Shown here: positions 37,461-51,189 of the stretch, piece by piece
Position numbering within the stretch: position 1 is the stretch's first letter
Layout: every line of letters starts with the position of its first letter
Assembly (NCBI RefSeq): GCF_036321535.1
Contig: NC_087437.1
Location: 88,786,001-88,850,000 of the forward strand
From: Camelus dromedarius
Taxonomy: Eukaryota
DNA: 64,000 bases
Direction of reading: 5' to 3'
Notes under the pieces: generated by a model
Databases searched by the model: none
What the model was told of the DNA's origin: nothing
The model's input: only the letters and a program-made list of their open reading frames with translations
Position numbers and translations under genes: made by a program

Positions 37461-40193
37461 AGCCAGGTGGACGGGTGGGGATTCGAAGAGAGGCATTGCC
37501 TGGCTGGGGGCTTCAGTGAGCTGTTGTCATCGGAGCTCAGAGGCTATGTCTCACAGCCACCCCAGCTCTTAAGGCTCAGTTCTCTGAAGCTCACCAAGGG
37601 AATCTGTTTTAGGAGTATGTGAGTAAACTTCCTTTAAACCAAGTACTTTGTTTCCGTCGAAAAGGTAGAGTCTTTCGGGGTTTTCTTAATTAAGAGGATG
37701 AAATGTGTCACTGACATAGGGGAGGCTACCTGGACGGTGAGCTCAAAAAATGACTTTTCTGGGAATTTTCTGGTGGAACATGGGTTTAGTGTAATATCTA
37801 TCAAATTTTTCTAGAAGTTCTCGGTAATATCTGTCTTCTTCCCGTACTGTGACATAGACAACAGAGATTGATCCCAGAATTCCTCGTTCATTTTTAATTT
37901 CCATCAAAGCACAGAGGTATTATATATAGTTCTGTCTGTTGGATGGAACCCTTTCCTCTCCCATACAAGAGGTAGCCTTGGATCACTGGATGCTGGGTCT
38001 TCACCACATCAAGAGTAACTGAATGCTGTCTGATAAAAAGGGTTCAGGAACTAGGGAGACGATAGAGTTCCTTTAGAAGGGAGGAGAGGGTTCTGGGAAA
38101 GTTAGCACCAGGCACCTCTGGACATTCCTCTCTAAACGCCAACAGAGTGTGTGTCAAGGCTTAGTTAGTGCTACATAAAACACATATGGGAGCACGTGGC
38201 CAGAGGCTGTACCAAAGTAGGGTCCTCAGATTCTTGAATTAAGGTGGGTTGATTTGGTGAGACTTACAAAAATATGATTTATACACTCTGAGGTGGAGAC
38301 ACCAATCAGGGATCTAGATATGGTTCTGAAACTAACATTCATAGAATTGAGTTTTTTGCTTGTTTCTTTAAAATCATAGGTTTTATCGTGGTCTTCAGGG
38401 TTTGGCTTTTTAATTAATCTGACTGTTTAATTTCTTTATTTCCTCTACCTCTGTCTCTATTGTGCTACACTTTGGAAAGAAATGATAATTTCTGTTTAAA
38501 ACTTATGGACTGAAATTCAGCTAATTCTGAAAGGGTACATACTCTAGATTTATCTACTAAACAGTGTGAGCTTAACCAGGACTAACTAGGGCAAAAGAGG
38601 AAGGACCCCTACTTTCTTGCTTTTGCAAAAAGCAAGATTACTTTTAGGGAGGGGAATGGGAAAGCATTTTGCAATTTGTGATCAAGGGTGACAGGTTGAA
38701 ACATTTTCTTTATACTATTTGTTTTTCTTTGGCTTTAAATATAAAAGATATAAGTAATGGAAAAAAACCATTTAGGGACAAGTCAGGCAAGTGAGGCAAA
38801 GAGATGCTAGATGTCCATTTTATGTGTTTTATGAACACTCTGTCCCAGAAGAACCACCCTTTTCTTCTCCCCCCTCTTCCATCTCAGAGACTAGAGAGGC
38901 CTTCAATTATCAATTGGAATGTGGACGAGCAACAGACTCAAACTTTACTAAACATTCAAAAAAGTATTTTCCCCTTAAAAATAACTTAAATTAGCAGGAG
39001 TCGTGAATAAGGTTTTATTTTCTAGAGTTGTGAAAATAATTCCATTAAAATATGACTCTCTGGTGGGGGTTAGAATGAGAATGCTTTTTTTTGGAGCTAG
39101 AAAATAAAATACAGCATCTGAAAAATTATAAATAACTAATCATAAAATTTCATTTTTAATAAAAAATAACTCACACTTTATCTAACTTTTGTAATAGCCC
39201 GCCACCTCAGTTCCCAAATTGCATTCTTTTGCTAAGACTATCAAGAAACAAAAATGAGCTGACTTTTTCATCTGAATTGTCCACCTTGACGAGTGGCACA
39301 AATTAGTATATAGTAACCAACATCTGCTATACTTTGGGCTTCTGCAGATATTTATAAAGTGGGTGTTAGGCAGAGTTGACCTTAAAAACTTACTGGAGAA
39401 CTGTGCTTGAAATCTTCATGTTTCTTTTACTACACTGGCTTGTTCACGATTACTTTTTTTTTTTTTTTTTTGTCAAGTAAAGAAACTATTTGACTATAAC
39501 TGGCTAGCAAAATAAAAAGACAGTAGGGAAACCACTGTTCTTTTACTGTCGGGAGTTTATTTTGATGACCTATATTTTCTATTGGAAAAAAGAGTAAATC
39601 AGGAAATTCTTATCAGGCCGACAGTGTTTTTAGACTATGCGGTGCGTGGGTGAAGTGGGACTAATATTGACTTGGCCCAAATGTAGTCATCTGAGAATAC
39701 ATATTTTGGTTGTTTTTGCATTCCATAAGGTTTTATCATTATTATCCATGAAGATTGTTTTCTCCGTACATGGGAAGTGACCCCTAATAGCATCTTGCCT
39801 GGGAGACAAAAATAAGGGCTACAAGTCCTACTGCATTTGGAAAGTTGACTTGTTGAGGACAAGAAGCAGAAAAAGTGAGAGTTATAGAGAAAGTTTAATG
39901 GCCATGTATAAAAAGTTAGAAAAGAGCATTAAAGTTTTATATTACTTCTCTATTTTTAATTATTGTAGTGTATCTTTGAACTGATTTTTTTTCTCAAATC
40001 TATATTGCTCTGAAGTCCTTGTAACTTACTATGTAATAATGGCTTATTATGATGGATTTTAAACATAGGTACATTTTCCCTCTTAATGATTATATAGCAG
40101 AAAATTCTTTTTGAAAAGTTGTGGAACTTCAAACTCTGGGCATATGTACTCTCAGCTTTTTCCCTAGAAGCACAATGTATACTGGAAAAAAAA

Positions 40194-40282
40194 TTTTTTT
40201 TTTAATGTAGGTACTGGGGATTGAACCCAGGACCTCGTGCATGCTAAGCACATGCTGTGCCACTGAGCTCTACCCTCCCCCC
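40194..40282 (-). mobile_element. Vic-1-like SINE in VGLL3 intron 1
   Basis: Reverse GGGGAGGGTAGAGCTCAGTGG..GAGGTCCTGGGTTCAATCCCCAGTACC; near-TSD TATACTGGAA / TACACTGGAA. Confidence 0.88.
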
Positions 40283-43200
40283 TACACTGGAAGTTTTAAG
40301 TTGCACTTTTTAATTGAACATATTCTATACGTTGTTGGTGGGTAATAGTTTAGTGTCTTAAAAAAACAGTGAACTGCATATACATCAGGCTGCATTGCAA
40401 TGTGTTATTTAGGCATACAATAGACTAAGTGAATCAAAGTAATATGTAAATATATCTGAAGAGTAAATTTTATATTCCTTGACGTTAATTCTTAGAAATT
40501 GCATGGCTGTGCATAAATCTTACAATGTGCCTTATAGAGCCAGAATTTGCTGAGGGATGCTAAGTTCCCAGGTCCATGTGGCCACCATCTCCTCATGGCA
40601 TGGCCTTAATACATCAGTCCCTACCATCTCCTCTGGAGAACCCTTGACTCAGTATCTCTGCATGTGCTCCAAAGGCATGATGACACTGCAGAACATGTGC
40701 AGGAAGGAATGCACTTGTATTCCAACAGTGACGGTAGGCAAGAAGGAGAAAAAAATTTGAAATATGTTCAGAAAAAATTGAGGGAAATAATATGAAATCA
40801 TAGATTCCCTTCATACTCCATGGATATCTTATCTTAAATACAATCTGTTGTTGTCTAAAATCTCCCTCCCCGCAGATAGTCATAATGTTAACATTAGGAA
40901 GATACTTAAAGCAAAGCTTTCAGAACTATGCAGTTCACAGATGAGAACAATCCCCAGTTCTCTAATTGTGCTTAGGGGTTTTGAACAGTCACACTTTGGA
41001 TGTCATATAAGTTAGAGTGTATTTACTCTGCCATCTTCAAGGGTGACAGCTGGGTGAATCTGCATGCATGCTTTCACTTAAAAGAATGAAAAGCCCTTGG
41101 GAGGCAGAACTTCAGTCATAAGTTTGGAAGGCATTTTTTCACTCTTTTCTCTGGACTCTGCCACCTTGGTTAGGTCATACAATCTCTCTGAGATTCTGTT
41201 TGTTAGGGGAAAAAAACCCTGGAAAAACATGCTTCAACCCCTCCTTTTACAAATGAGGAAATGGATGTTTATGGAGCTGAAATGTCAGGTTAAAAATTTC
41301 AAAGCTAATTGGTGACAAAAATAGGACCACGGGATCCCCTGACCCCCAGTGTAGCACCTTTTCACCATACCATGCAATCTCCCAGGATTTTTTTTTTTTT
41401 TGCTATTGCACAATAGGCTTATTTTTGTCTTCATTGCTCCAAATCAACTCTTTGATAAAGAAGATTAATATGCAGTAGATTCTTTGGCCTCGGAGCTTGA
41501 AATTCTTTCCCAGTCCTTGGTAGTGTACGTTTTTAGTTGAGGCATTCCAAAGTCCTTTTGCAAGCATTTGTATTATGCTAATGATTTTTGCCATCCATGT
41601 TGCGTCCTTTGTGGATGAAGCAGAATATCCACTTAGCAAATGAACATTTATTTATTTTTAAATAATATGCAGGAAGTGGTATTAACAGTCAGTTCTAAGT
41701 GCCTCATGTATCATTGTGAGTCCAACATAAGTTGAGATTCATTAAGAGGAAAGAATACAATTATATTCTAAGTAGTTTCAATACACAGTCCACTGATTTG
41801 AGGTGGAGGATCTCATTTTCTTGCGACTGTAAGCAAAGATTTAAGTGGCTTTAAAAGAATTCATACAGGACTTCTTTGAGAAAGAACAGCCCCTCCAATT
41901 CTATACTGCACAAACTAACTTGACTGTAGAGACTTAAAGCTGAAAGTGCCTCATAGTTTTATGCTCCCCGTAACTTTCCAGCCAGAAAATTCGAAGCTAG
42001 AGGGAAAATTCAACTTTAAAATAACTAAACCAAACTGCTGTCTCTGGCAGTCAACCAGAATGGAGATTACAATACCGATAGTAAGGGCAGGCTTGAAATC
42101 CATAAAATCATGTGTAGAGAGGCTCCATTCACTAGGGAACCCAACGCCAGGACAAGGTAGTGCTCTTTGGAAACCTAAGTGAAGGGCATTTTCATTAAAT
42201 GCAAGGAAGTCCTGCTTCACCCAGCACTCGCCGAAGTCTCACATCTCACAAAGTTGGAGATGACCAAGACATGACTCATAACAAAAGAGATGAGCGTGAT
42301 CAGAGGGTAGAACCATCCTGCATGGTGCCTCCCTGGGCAACTACAGAAGAGACGCTGTCTTGTATCTTTCTGTGCAAAGGGCATTTTCAATGAGACTAAG
42401 AATATTATGCTCATGATCCCTAGGGCAGATCCTAAAGCAAACTTGAGAGTTAAGCGACTGTCGTTCTAAAACCTGGCCACTTAACTTGAATTCTGTTTCC
42501 ATAGACCGTAATTCCTGCTAGCTTTCAAAAGGTAATCTCCAAATGGATACATTTAGTAACAGATAACAATTTAAGGCGTTATCTCTAGAAAAACATTTTC
42601 ATTCAAGAAATAAAAACTCTCTAAGACTTGAATTTCAGACTCGGGCAGAAACGGTGAAGGAAATAGTTTTGGTCAAAACTTTGCACTGAATCTTTCAAAA
42701 AGCACCTCCGTAAGCAGCTGGCTTTCTGCTCTAACTATTCATTTAGGAAGATCCTAAGAGTGCCTTGAACCCTTAGCCCCAAACATCTGCTGCTGGAAGC
42801 AAGTCATAAATGCCATGTTTATAGATATTTCAGTGGACTCCAGATTTATGCCAGTAATTTACAAGCGTGGTCTGAACTGGGGTAACTGAACTATTCTTCA
42901 CTTGTCTTATAGTTTAGCAGAGGAAAAACAAAGGAAAGAAGAAAGGAAAGATGGCCTAAAGTGAACAGGTGTCCCTTCCTCTTATTGTTTTGGTGTGCCA
43001 AAATGCTTGTCCTTGGGGGATGGAGTCGGGGGGACACTTGAATGATGCCTCCCTTCTTGTTACTGTGAAAATAGATAAAGGGAGGACCAAAACTAATTCC
43101 TAGGAATTGGGCTAAATGACCTATGTCTGCAACTGAATTAGCCTTCAATGGTCTGTAAGGTTTTGTTGGCCAGTGTCCTGCAAAATCAGAAGAGGCAGCC

Positions 43201-43739
43201 AATTTAAGAAACAAAATTAAGTGTGAATTTGTCTGGAGCTCCACATGTTTATTAGGACACAGAGCTGGATGAGACCTCTGAGATAATCAAGTCAACATTC
43301 CTCATTGTCAGAAGAGGAAGCTGAAGGCCGGAGGTTTTGGTGCCTTACCCAGATTCATGGACTAGTTTTGGTCAAATCCTCTTACCCGTCCCAAAGAGAA
43401 CTTTGGTAAAGTTCTCTTTCCACTGGTTTCCCTTCCCATGTGGGCTTCTTTAGAAACAAGGAAAGCAATTAGTAGTTTACCTCATGTTACCTTCTTACTT
43501 ATCTCATTTTTAAAATCTTTGAATATTAGCTACTTGGAGGAATAAGATAATTAGCCACATAGATAAACCCTGAGGTTCACTTTCTTTACCATTTTCCTCA
43601 CAGCCTTCTCTCCACGGCTCTGACTCATTTTTGTGGCTCCAAGTCTTTGCACAGTGACTGAAACGAAATAGGAATTAATTGACAATTCGATGAACAACAG
43701 ATACATTTTTAAAAATGAAATCATACCCTAAATCTAGTA

Positions 43740-44290
43740 ATAGGATTATATAAACATACCAGAAATTTATACATCAGAAACTGTTGTTTCATTCAAAGTA
43801 GTCAGTTTGAAAGAGAGCACATACCCTCACGATGTGATCATTACTTAAAACATTTTGGGAATGCAAATTTTGAAATTCTCTCTCAGCCTGTGGCACATTT
43901 TTTTTTTTAAACATCGTCAAAACTGGAAAATTTTCATCCTTCCAGGGGATGGTTTTGATTTTTGATAATGACCAAAATCATCGAGAGGCAAGTGTACTCA
44001 GAAATAGCTAATATTCTTTTTGGTTTGCTCCTCCTACTGTTAAGAAAAATAAAAACCAAAAAAAAAAAAAAGCAATCAAACACAGAATCTCGGGGTGTGA
44101 CTGTGTCTCACAAACTGGTTCTGCTCACATTTCCAAAACAGAGTTTCCAGAAAAACGGTAGGCAATTAATTGTATTATGTGTCTGACTTGTCAGGGGGAT
44201 GACACATTTCTAGGTATAGAAGGACAGTTTTATCTCGATACACATGTATTTTGAAGAGCACAACATTATTTAATAGCCATATCTCTGTGT
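43740..44290. mobile_element. MARNA-like non-autonomous mariner element
   Basis: TTCAAAGTAGTCA..AAAACATTTTGGGAA..AGCCTGTGGCACATT..GGATGGTTTTGATTTTTG and later AAACTGGTTCTG..TTCCAAAA match recalled MARNA consensus. Confidence 0.65.
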
Positions 44291-44439
44291 TTACATCCCT
44301 AATTTTTAAATGTTTGTTATAAATAACTTTAGACTTTCCTTAGCATGTGGTGCCGGGCTGCCTGTGGGCTTCTGTTTGTTTATTCAGTTAAACTAAGTAT
44401 TTTATATATGCTTATTTTCTTTAGTCTGTTTCCGTGACA

Positions 44440-44600
44440 GATGCTTTGTAGTCAGACAGAAATGGGTTCTAATCCCATCTCTGCCATTTACTAGTTAGAT
44501 GATCCTGGCCAAGTAAATTGGTTTTTGCATATATAAAGTGAGAATATTTTTTGGACAAAATATCTGTGTATGAGAGTCAGGGAAATAAAATATATAAAAG
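44440..44600 (+). mobile_element. MIR SINE
   Basis: AGTCAGACAGAAATGGGTTCTAATCCCATCTCTGCCATTTACTAG. Confidence 0.7.
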
Positions 44601-47600
44601 GTCGGTGGCCTTTCTCCCTTATCCTGACCTGCCCTCCGTCCACCTGATTCCTCCTCCTTCCAACAGGCTAAGGACCAAAACCTCAGGTCTCCCTGAAATA
44701 TATTTAAAATCTGTCATTCAAATAAGTTCAGAAACATATGCTCGGAGAGCAATGTGCTGCTTTATGGACTTCACAGTTCAGAAACCTTTATTCTGGGCTA
44801 GTAGTTTTTTCTTGTAGACTTGAAGCGTGTCTTTCAGCATGAAAGAATCGTTGCATTTAGAGAACAGAGCCAGTAGAAATGAAAAAAAAATTTCCAAATA
44901 TCCAATGATTCACTAAAATTCTTTTGTTTCCTTAGGAAAACAGTTTCCACATATGCACAGTAATCATTTGGCATTTTGTAAGCTTAAGCCTTGGGGAGTT
45001 AGCGGTATTTGGCTCCTGACGCGGAGTCTTCTCTTGTCAGACAAATCCTTTCCCCTGCACATTCCTGTGCGAGTTTGTTTCTGTTGTGCTGATGGCAGGC
45101 TTGGAGGTGGTCGGGTCTGGTTCGCACTGCCTTGGCTGACTCCTTGACACTGCTGCTTTCACAGCTTTGCGAGTTAGTTTCAACTTGTTGGCTGTTAACT
45201 TGTTCCTCGTTTCCTTTTACCTGGAGAAAACCTGTCATTACTCTGCGATAGGAGATGAACAGTTAAGGTGCATTAAATAAACCAACTTGGAGCTTTTGAA
45301 ATCCCTTCTGATGACTCCTTTATTTTTGTTAACAATTCTTAAGTGTCTAGTAAGAAAAGCGTGAATACTTCTGACAGATTTGGCTATTTTTAGGGAGTGA
45401 TGGTGCATTTTGAGAAAAATATGAACTAAATTGCTTTTCAGCCCTGATTCAGGAAATCTAGGTTCTGATGATTTGAGGTTTATTTTCAACAGTTTGAATT
45501 TTATATATTATTTTCAAAAACGAAGGTAACACTAGGGAAATTTCATTCCAAGGAACAAACACCAAGTGAAGACAGAGTATGGCCACAGTGTATATATTGA
45601 ATATACTTAGTTTAAAAAAAAGAAAAGACAAAGAATTGATTTACAATCACCAAAGCACAGATAAAAAAAAGTAATTGAGGCTTAAGGTCTGTGGGGAAGA
45701 ATATTAGGATGGTGTGAATGTCAGCAAATCAATCGACCGCTGTTTAAATTCTGTGTTCCCGTTTTCTCCTTGCTCACACTTGATGTCTAAAAATATGTGT
45801 GTAAATTCGGTGTTGGCATTTTAGGAAGCTATCAGGCCATTTGGATACTTTAGAGTTCTTATTGTAACCAGTGATATTGATTGATGGTGAGGCCATAAAT
45901 GCACCTGTGTGTTGTAAATGTAAATATTTAAAGTGGTCCACTAAAATTTGTGAAAATTGATGCAATTTTATTTGAAAAAAGTGCAAGAGAGAATGGTAAA
46001 TTTGCCTTATGTCCTGCCCTTTGGTAGATACATCACAAGCTCCTTCTTTATTTGTTTAGTCGTCTCCAAGCAAATTTATTTAATTAGTAGAAGACCTTCC
46101 TTAAAGAGCTGAGAGAGAGGAAAAAAAGTGTATTTTATAATCGCCCTCAAAAATGTATTTAAATAGAATAGCTAAGACAGATATTTTTATTATAGCACAG
46201 GTATTTGCATATCAAAAAGAAATATTTCAATATATGCTTATCAAAATGCATATATGTCTATATATGTATTACATATATTAAGTATTAACATTAGAGAAAA
46301 TCAATACATCCATTGACAGAATTGACATTTAGAAAATACATTACTAAAAGGTATTTCGGTATAAGGAAGGTTTTGCTTATTTTTCCCCATTTCACAGTGA
46401 AAAATGTGTAACCTTTAGATTAATTTATTTGTATCCAACCATTCAACAATTGGTCAAAAAAATAAAAACATGAAACCACATAGCATTTAGAAAATTGTGA
46501 AACCTTTTAAATAGATCAAGAATCTTTAGTTTAAATTCAGCTATCATCAATGTAAAAATTAAGATAATTTTATTACTACCATTATTGATCATAATACAGT
46601 GCTACATTTGCATACAAGTGTAGGCTCTCTTTGTATTTGATTTGCAGTTTTCAAATCATTCACATATATATAATTTTAATTAATTTTATTTTCTCTAAGA
46701 ATTAATTGCTAATTGGGATAAAATAAAAACATTGCCTTTCTGTGGATAATTAACATAGCCCGGGCACTTTCATTGAAGGCATAAATATTAGAATTAAACA
46801 AATGAAACCAAGTAGGTGCAAAGCCCAACTCTCACAGAGAGATGCTGTGTTCGTCATTAACAGGAAGAAGATACCAGTTTCATAGATATTACTGAACACT
46901 TGTGGCAGTCAAGCTACTCAGTAGATCAGTTTTGATTTTATTCCTGTATAAAACCAGTGCTTCTTTCTCATACACCAGCGTGTTTGACAGAGTGTGTGTA
47001 AATGCTTAAAACGGTGTAACTTTCATAAGTGCATATGTGCACGGAGAAACAGTGCTGTAATTTGACTAATAAGTCATGATATTCATTTAATTTTATAATG
47101 GAATTTAAAGCCAGGAGTAACTTTCGAGGTCAGTTAGTTCCACCCTCTCATTTTATACATATGTTAACCTATGTTACTATGGTGTTTCTACTATTGAAGT
47201 TAAATATAAACATGGTCAAATCTGCGAAAAACAGATTGTAAGAATTTTATAACTGCTCAGTCATTACAGTCACTTATTCATCAACAAGGCAAGTTCACTT
47301 ACAGGGAATGAATTATCTATTCATCAAGAAGCGATAACCATATTGACACAAATTTTAAATAAAAAGCAATATATATAAAAATCATAACCAACAGCTCGTA
47401 ATACGCCTGAACATTTCGGATCCTACCTCACACAAGAACAACATACTCATTGCTGGGAGAAAGGGTACAGTTTATTCAATGATGCATTTATAATTTGGGG
47501 CTATAGATTTTGAAGCTAGTAATTACCACTAGAAACATTAAGAGTCTGGGTTATGTGTTTTGATAACATTTTCCGAACTATGGGCTCACTGAGTATTCTG

Positions 47601-48014
47601 AAATGATTTCCTTTTCTCTACTCACATTCATTTCCCAGCATGCATTTCTTTCTGAAATAAGAAAAATGATATGACAAACGGTCAGGTTTTGTAGGTATAC
47701 AGATGCTAGGATGCTCATTTTGTCATTGAGATCATGAGTTTTATCATTTTTAGCATTATTTCTTATATGTAATTTATACTGAAATTGTTGATTGTGAAAG
47801 TGATACGTGCTCAAGGAAAAAAATTTTTTTGGAAATAGTGAAAAGCAGGAATAAGAAAATGACAATTAACTGACAAGCTCACCACCTAGAAAAAGAATAC
47901 AAAACGTAATGTTTTGGTGATTGTTTTTCCCCACACGAGATGTCCCTCTCCTGCACTCCTCTGACACATACTTGCGCATGCATATGCCCATCTGTATATT
48001 TTTATCATGCCTTC

Positions 48015-48192
48015 TGGGTCCACCACTTATATACTCTGTGACCTTTGGCAAGTTCTTTCACTTCTCTGTGCTTTAGTTTCTTCATCTTTAGAATATGGAG
48101 AGTAATAATAACCACATTACAGAATTGTAAAGATTAAATGGGGTAATAAATGTAAGAGCTTTACTAGCCATAATATAAATGATTATAGCTAT
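48015..48192 (+). mobile_element. MIR SINE
   Basis: TGTGACCTTTGGCAAGTT..CTTCTCTGTGCTTTAGTTTCTTCATCT core. Confidence 0.78.
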
Positions 48193-48954
48193 GATCGTCT
48201 GTTTTGAAAATATTTTGCAGCTATCAAAACGTTTTCTTTTTTATTTGAAAGCCGTACTGCCCATTGCTCGTATTTTGTATTATTGTCCATAATCCATAAT
48301 AATAGCTTTTTTTTCCCCTTTTATGATAATGGTGGCAAGTGGAACATCTGAAAAATATGTGCCATGCAAAATGGATCTTCACACAGACTTATTTTGTCAT
48401 TTTAGTGTGATTTTTGAGAAATGAGTTCAGCACATCTGCCAAATCCTTTTATAAGATGCTACATTCCTGTTTTTATTTTAGTACGTTTCATTTATGAAAA
48501 GCTCTTTTCTTCCCCACCCCTCCCCCAGCTGTTGGGCCGTCCATCTCCAGCCCTCCCTGTCCCCAACTTTAATGTTGCTGTATGTGAAATCTTTAAAATA
48601 GAAAATGGGGACAAACGTGGAAGAAACCTGTCACTTTCTTTTTTTACAAGACATTCACCTTTTGGTATATCTAGATTAAGAGAAAGAAAAACAACCTGTC
48701 TTTCACACTCTGGAAAGGTACCATTGGATAATGGACTTTTTTTTCCACCAAATTTGAAATAACAGACTTTTTTTCTCCCTCAGGGTGGGAAGGAGAAAGC
48801 TGGTTTTGGGGGTGGAGGGGTGGAGTAAAGCAAATGAAGAATCAGTCTGAGAACATATGTTAATATTTAGATAATTTTTTAAAGTAAAAAGTTAACTAGT
48901 TAATGCTTTGTTACAAACTGTCTTTGATACTGTGTTTTGTTTATTCCATCCCAG

Positions 48955-49243
48955 AAGAAGTTAGCGGTATACAGCAAGATGCAGGACTCTCTGGAAGTCA
49001 CCCTTCCCAGCAAACAAGAGGAGGAGGAGGAGGAGGAGGATGAGGAGGAGGAGGAGGAGGAGAAAGACCAGCCTGCCGAGATGGAGTACCTTAACTCTCG
49101 CTGTGTCCTTTTCACTTATTTCCAGGGAGACATTGGGTCAGTAGTGGATGAACACTTCTCAAGAGCTTTGGGCCAAGCCAGCACCCTCCATCCAGAATCT
49201 GCCATTTCAAAAAGCAAGATGGGGCTAACCCCCTTATGGCGAG
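48955..49243 (+). CDS. VGLL3: VGLL3 coding exon 2: acidic poly-Glu tract and Vestigial/TONDU TEAD-binding domain (RCVLFTYFQGDIGSVVDEHFSRALG)
   Basis: Pyrimidine-rich tract + CAG acceptor ending at 48954; KKLAVYSKMQDSLEVTLPSKQ...TPLWR; G|GTAAGA donor; 289 nt, phase 0 to phase 1, compatible with exons 1 and 3. Confidence 0.97.
49018..49062 (+). repeat. VGLL3: Coding trinucleotide repeat (GAG)7 GAT (GAG)7, poly-Glu
   Basis: Read directly from the sequence. Confidence 0.95.
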
Positions 49244-50016
49244 GTAAGAATTCGAAAAGCAGATGCCCTCCAGGGCACTGTCTCTGTTTCGCAACCGCCT
49301 GTACCAGGTTCCAGCTGGAGACTTGCCCCCAGAGGACGGATATCCACTTGCTTTTTAATTTTTAAGGACAGCGAGGAATTTCTTTCAGACAAACAGCTGG
49401 ATCAGTTTTGTCACATGTGGAATGCAGGGTTGGAAAGGATGCAGTCACACCCCTTAAATTCCTCTGGAAAGTAGTGATGCAACCGGCCTGGGTTTATAGT
49501 GGCAGGATTGAGCCGTGAAGCATCATTCCTTAAGCCCCGATGGCCCAATTTGGATCTCTAAATAATAGGCGTGCCTGGATCAGCTTTTAAAAATTCGCCC
49601 TTGCTCATTCCACTAGGTGCTACGTGGTGACATAGCAGAGATCTGAGTCTGACCCCGGAATACATCCTTCTGTGTTCTCTTAAGAGTTTTCTGTGTTGCT
49701 TTGTTGTGGTGTTAACTCTTTGGAGTGTATAACCGAGAGATTATTGACTGTATCTGCCTGGTTTAGGCTAATTATTTTTTCCTCCTCAGTAAAAGAAAGT
49801 GGTAGATTGAGCATCCTCTCCTTTTTGCCTTCTATAAAGAGTCCACAGAGGTGTGTTTGAATCTGATTTCTGACTCGCAGAAAATGGCTGGGTGACAACT
49901 TAAGTGTGATAATTACATTAGAGAAAAAATAATACATCATTCCAGTGGTAGTTTTAGAGAAATGTGTTACCAATGTTTCTTCTGAACTGGCCTGGCTATA
50001 AGAGGCATCAAGTAAA

Positions 50017-50188
50017 ATAGTTCTCAAAATGTGGTTTCCCAGACTAGGAACGTGGGCATCATGTGAGAGCTGATTAGAAATGAAAAATCCCCAGACCTAC
50101 AGAGTCAGGAACTCCAGGGTAGAGTCATCTGTGTTTTCACCAGCCCTCCCAGAGATTCAGATGCAAGCTCAAGTATGATAACCATTGA
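50017..50188. mobile_element. MER5A-type hAT-Charlie element (a second MER5-like piece follows to about 50350)
   Basis: TAGTTCTCAAAATGTGGT..AGACCTACAGAGTCAGGAACT..CAAGTATGATAACCATTG. Confidence 0.75.
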
Positions 50189-51189
50189 CTTAGCGCTGTT
50201 CAGGTCACAGATTACCTGCCGCCCGGCCCCTCCCCGCCCCCTCTCCCTGACTCTGGACCTGTTGACTCAGAGGCTACGGAGGGAGGATCTGGGAATCACA
50301 CTGTAACAAGTGGCCCAGGTGATCCTATGATGAGGAAAGGCTGGCCACCTGTGGTAGGTCACCTGTGGTAGGGGGCAGGTGAGAGGTGATGAGTGGTTGG
50401 TCCCCTGTCAGTATCAGAAGAATGGTACCTTCCTGCCTGCCTCTCTGCCTGCCTTTCTCTCCTTCCGTTCCTTCCCCACTTCTTCTCTCCCTTCACCTCC
50501 CCTCTCTTCTTTCCTCCTTCCTTCTAGTAAATATGAACATTAACATAGAGAGCAACCGTAAAGAGGAAGGTGAAATCCATACTCAAATGACCCAGCCCTC
50601 GATAGGGGTGAATTGGGAGGCATAACCGCTTATTTGAAGAGTAATTATGAACTTCTCACAAGAACTGAGCACTTAGTTCTTAGAAGCCTAAGATGCTAAT
50701 GGGACCAACGAATGTCCTATTTGATAGCACATGGTGAATACTTTTATAACCTGGGGAGGGTGAAAATAGAAAAACTTCAGTGAATTGGCTGGCTTTAATA
50801 AACAGTTTGATATGTCAATAAGAAATTCTATCAGGATAATCAGTTCCAGGAGAGTAATAAATGCAATGCCTTTTAGCATTCTGGCGTAAGTAACCTAGTC
50901 ACCATTTAACTTGGAATATAGGAACAAAAGCCCCAAATTATAGCTAGATGTGAGAGTGATTGTCGAAGGTGTCATAACCAGAATAGTATTAAGTGAGGTG
51001 GTGTGTAAATGCAAAAACTCTACAATTCAGTGTTTTTCCCCAAATCTGCATGACTGAATAGAGAAGACCTTTGGAAAGATGTCAAATTTCAGTTTAGGAA
51101 GGATGAATCATGGAAATGTTTTAGCAACTATTATTAGAATTTTCTTGGTATTATCTTAAACTTGGCCTTCAAGTCTATCTCCTGTTCCT

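Noticed and set aside
50346..50372. Tandem duplication CACCTGTGGTAGG(T) x2
   Set aside because: Ordinary local slippage duplication at the edge of a MER5-like element
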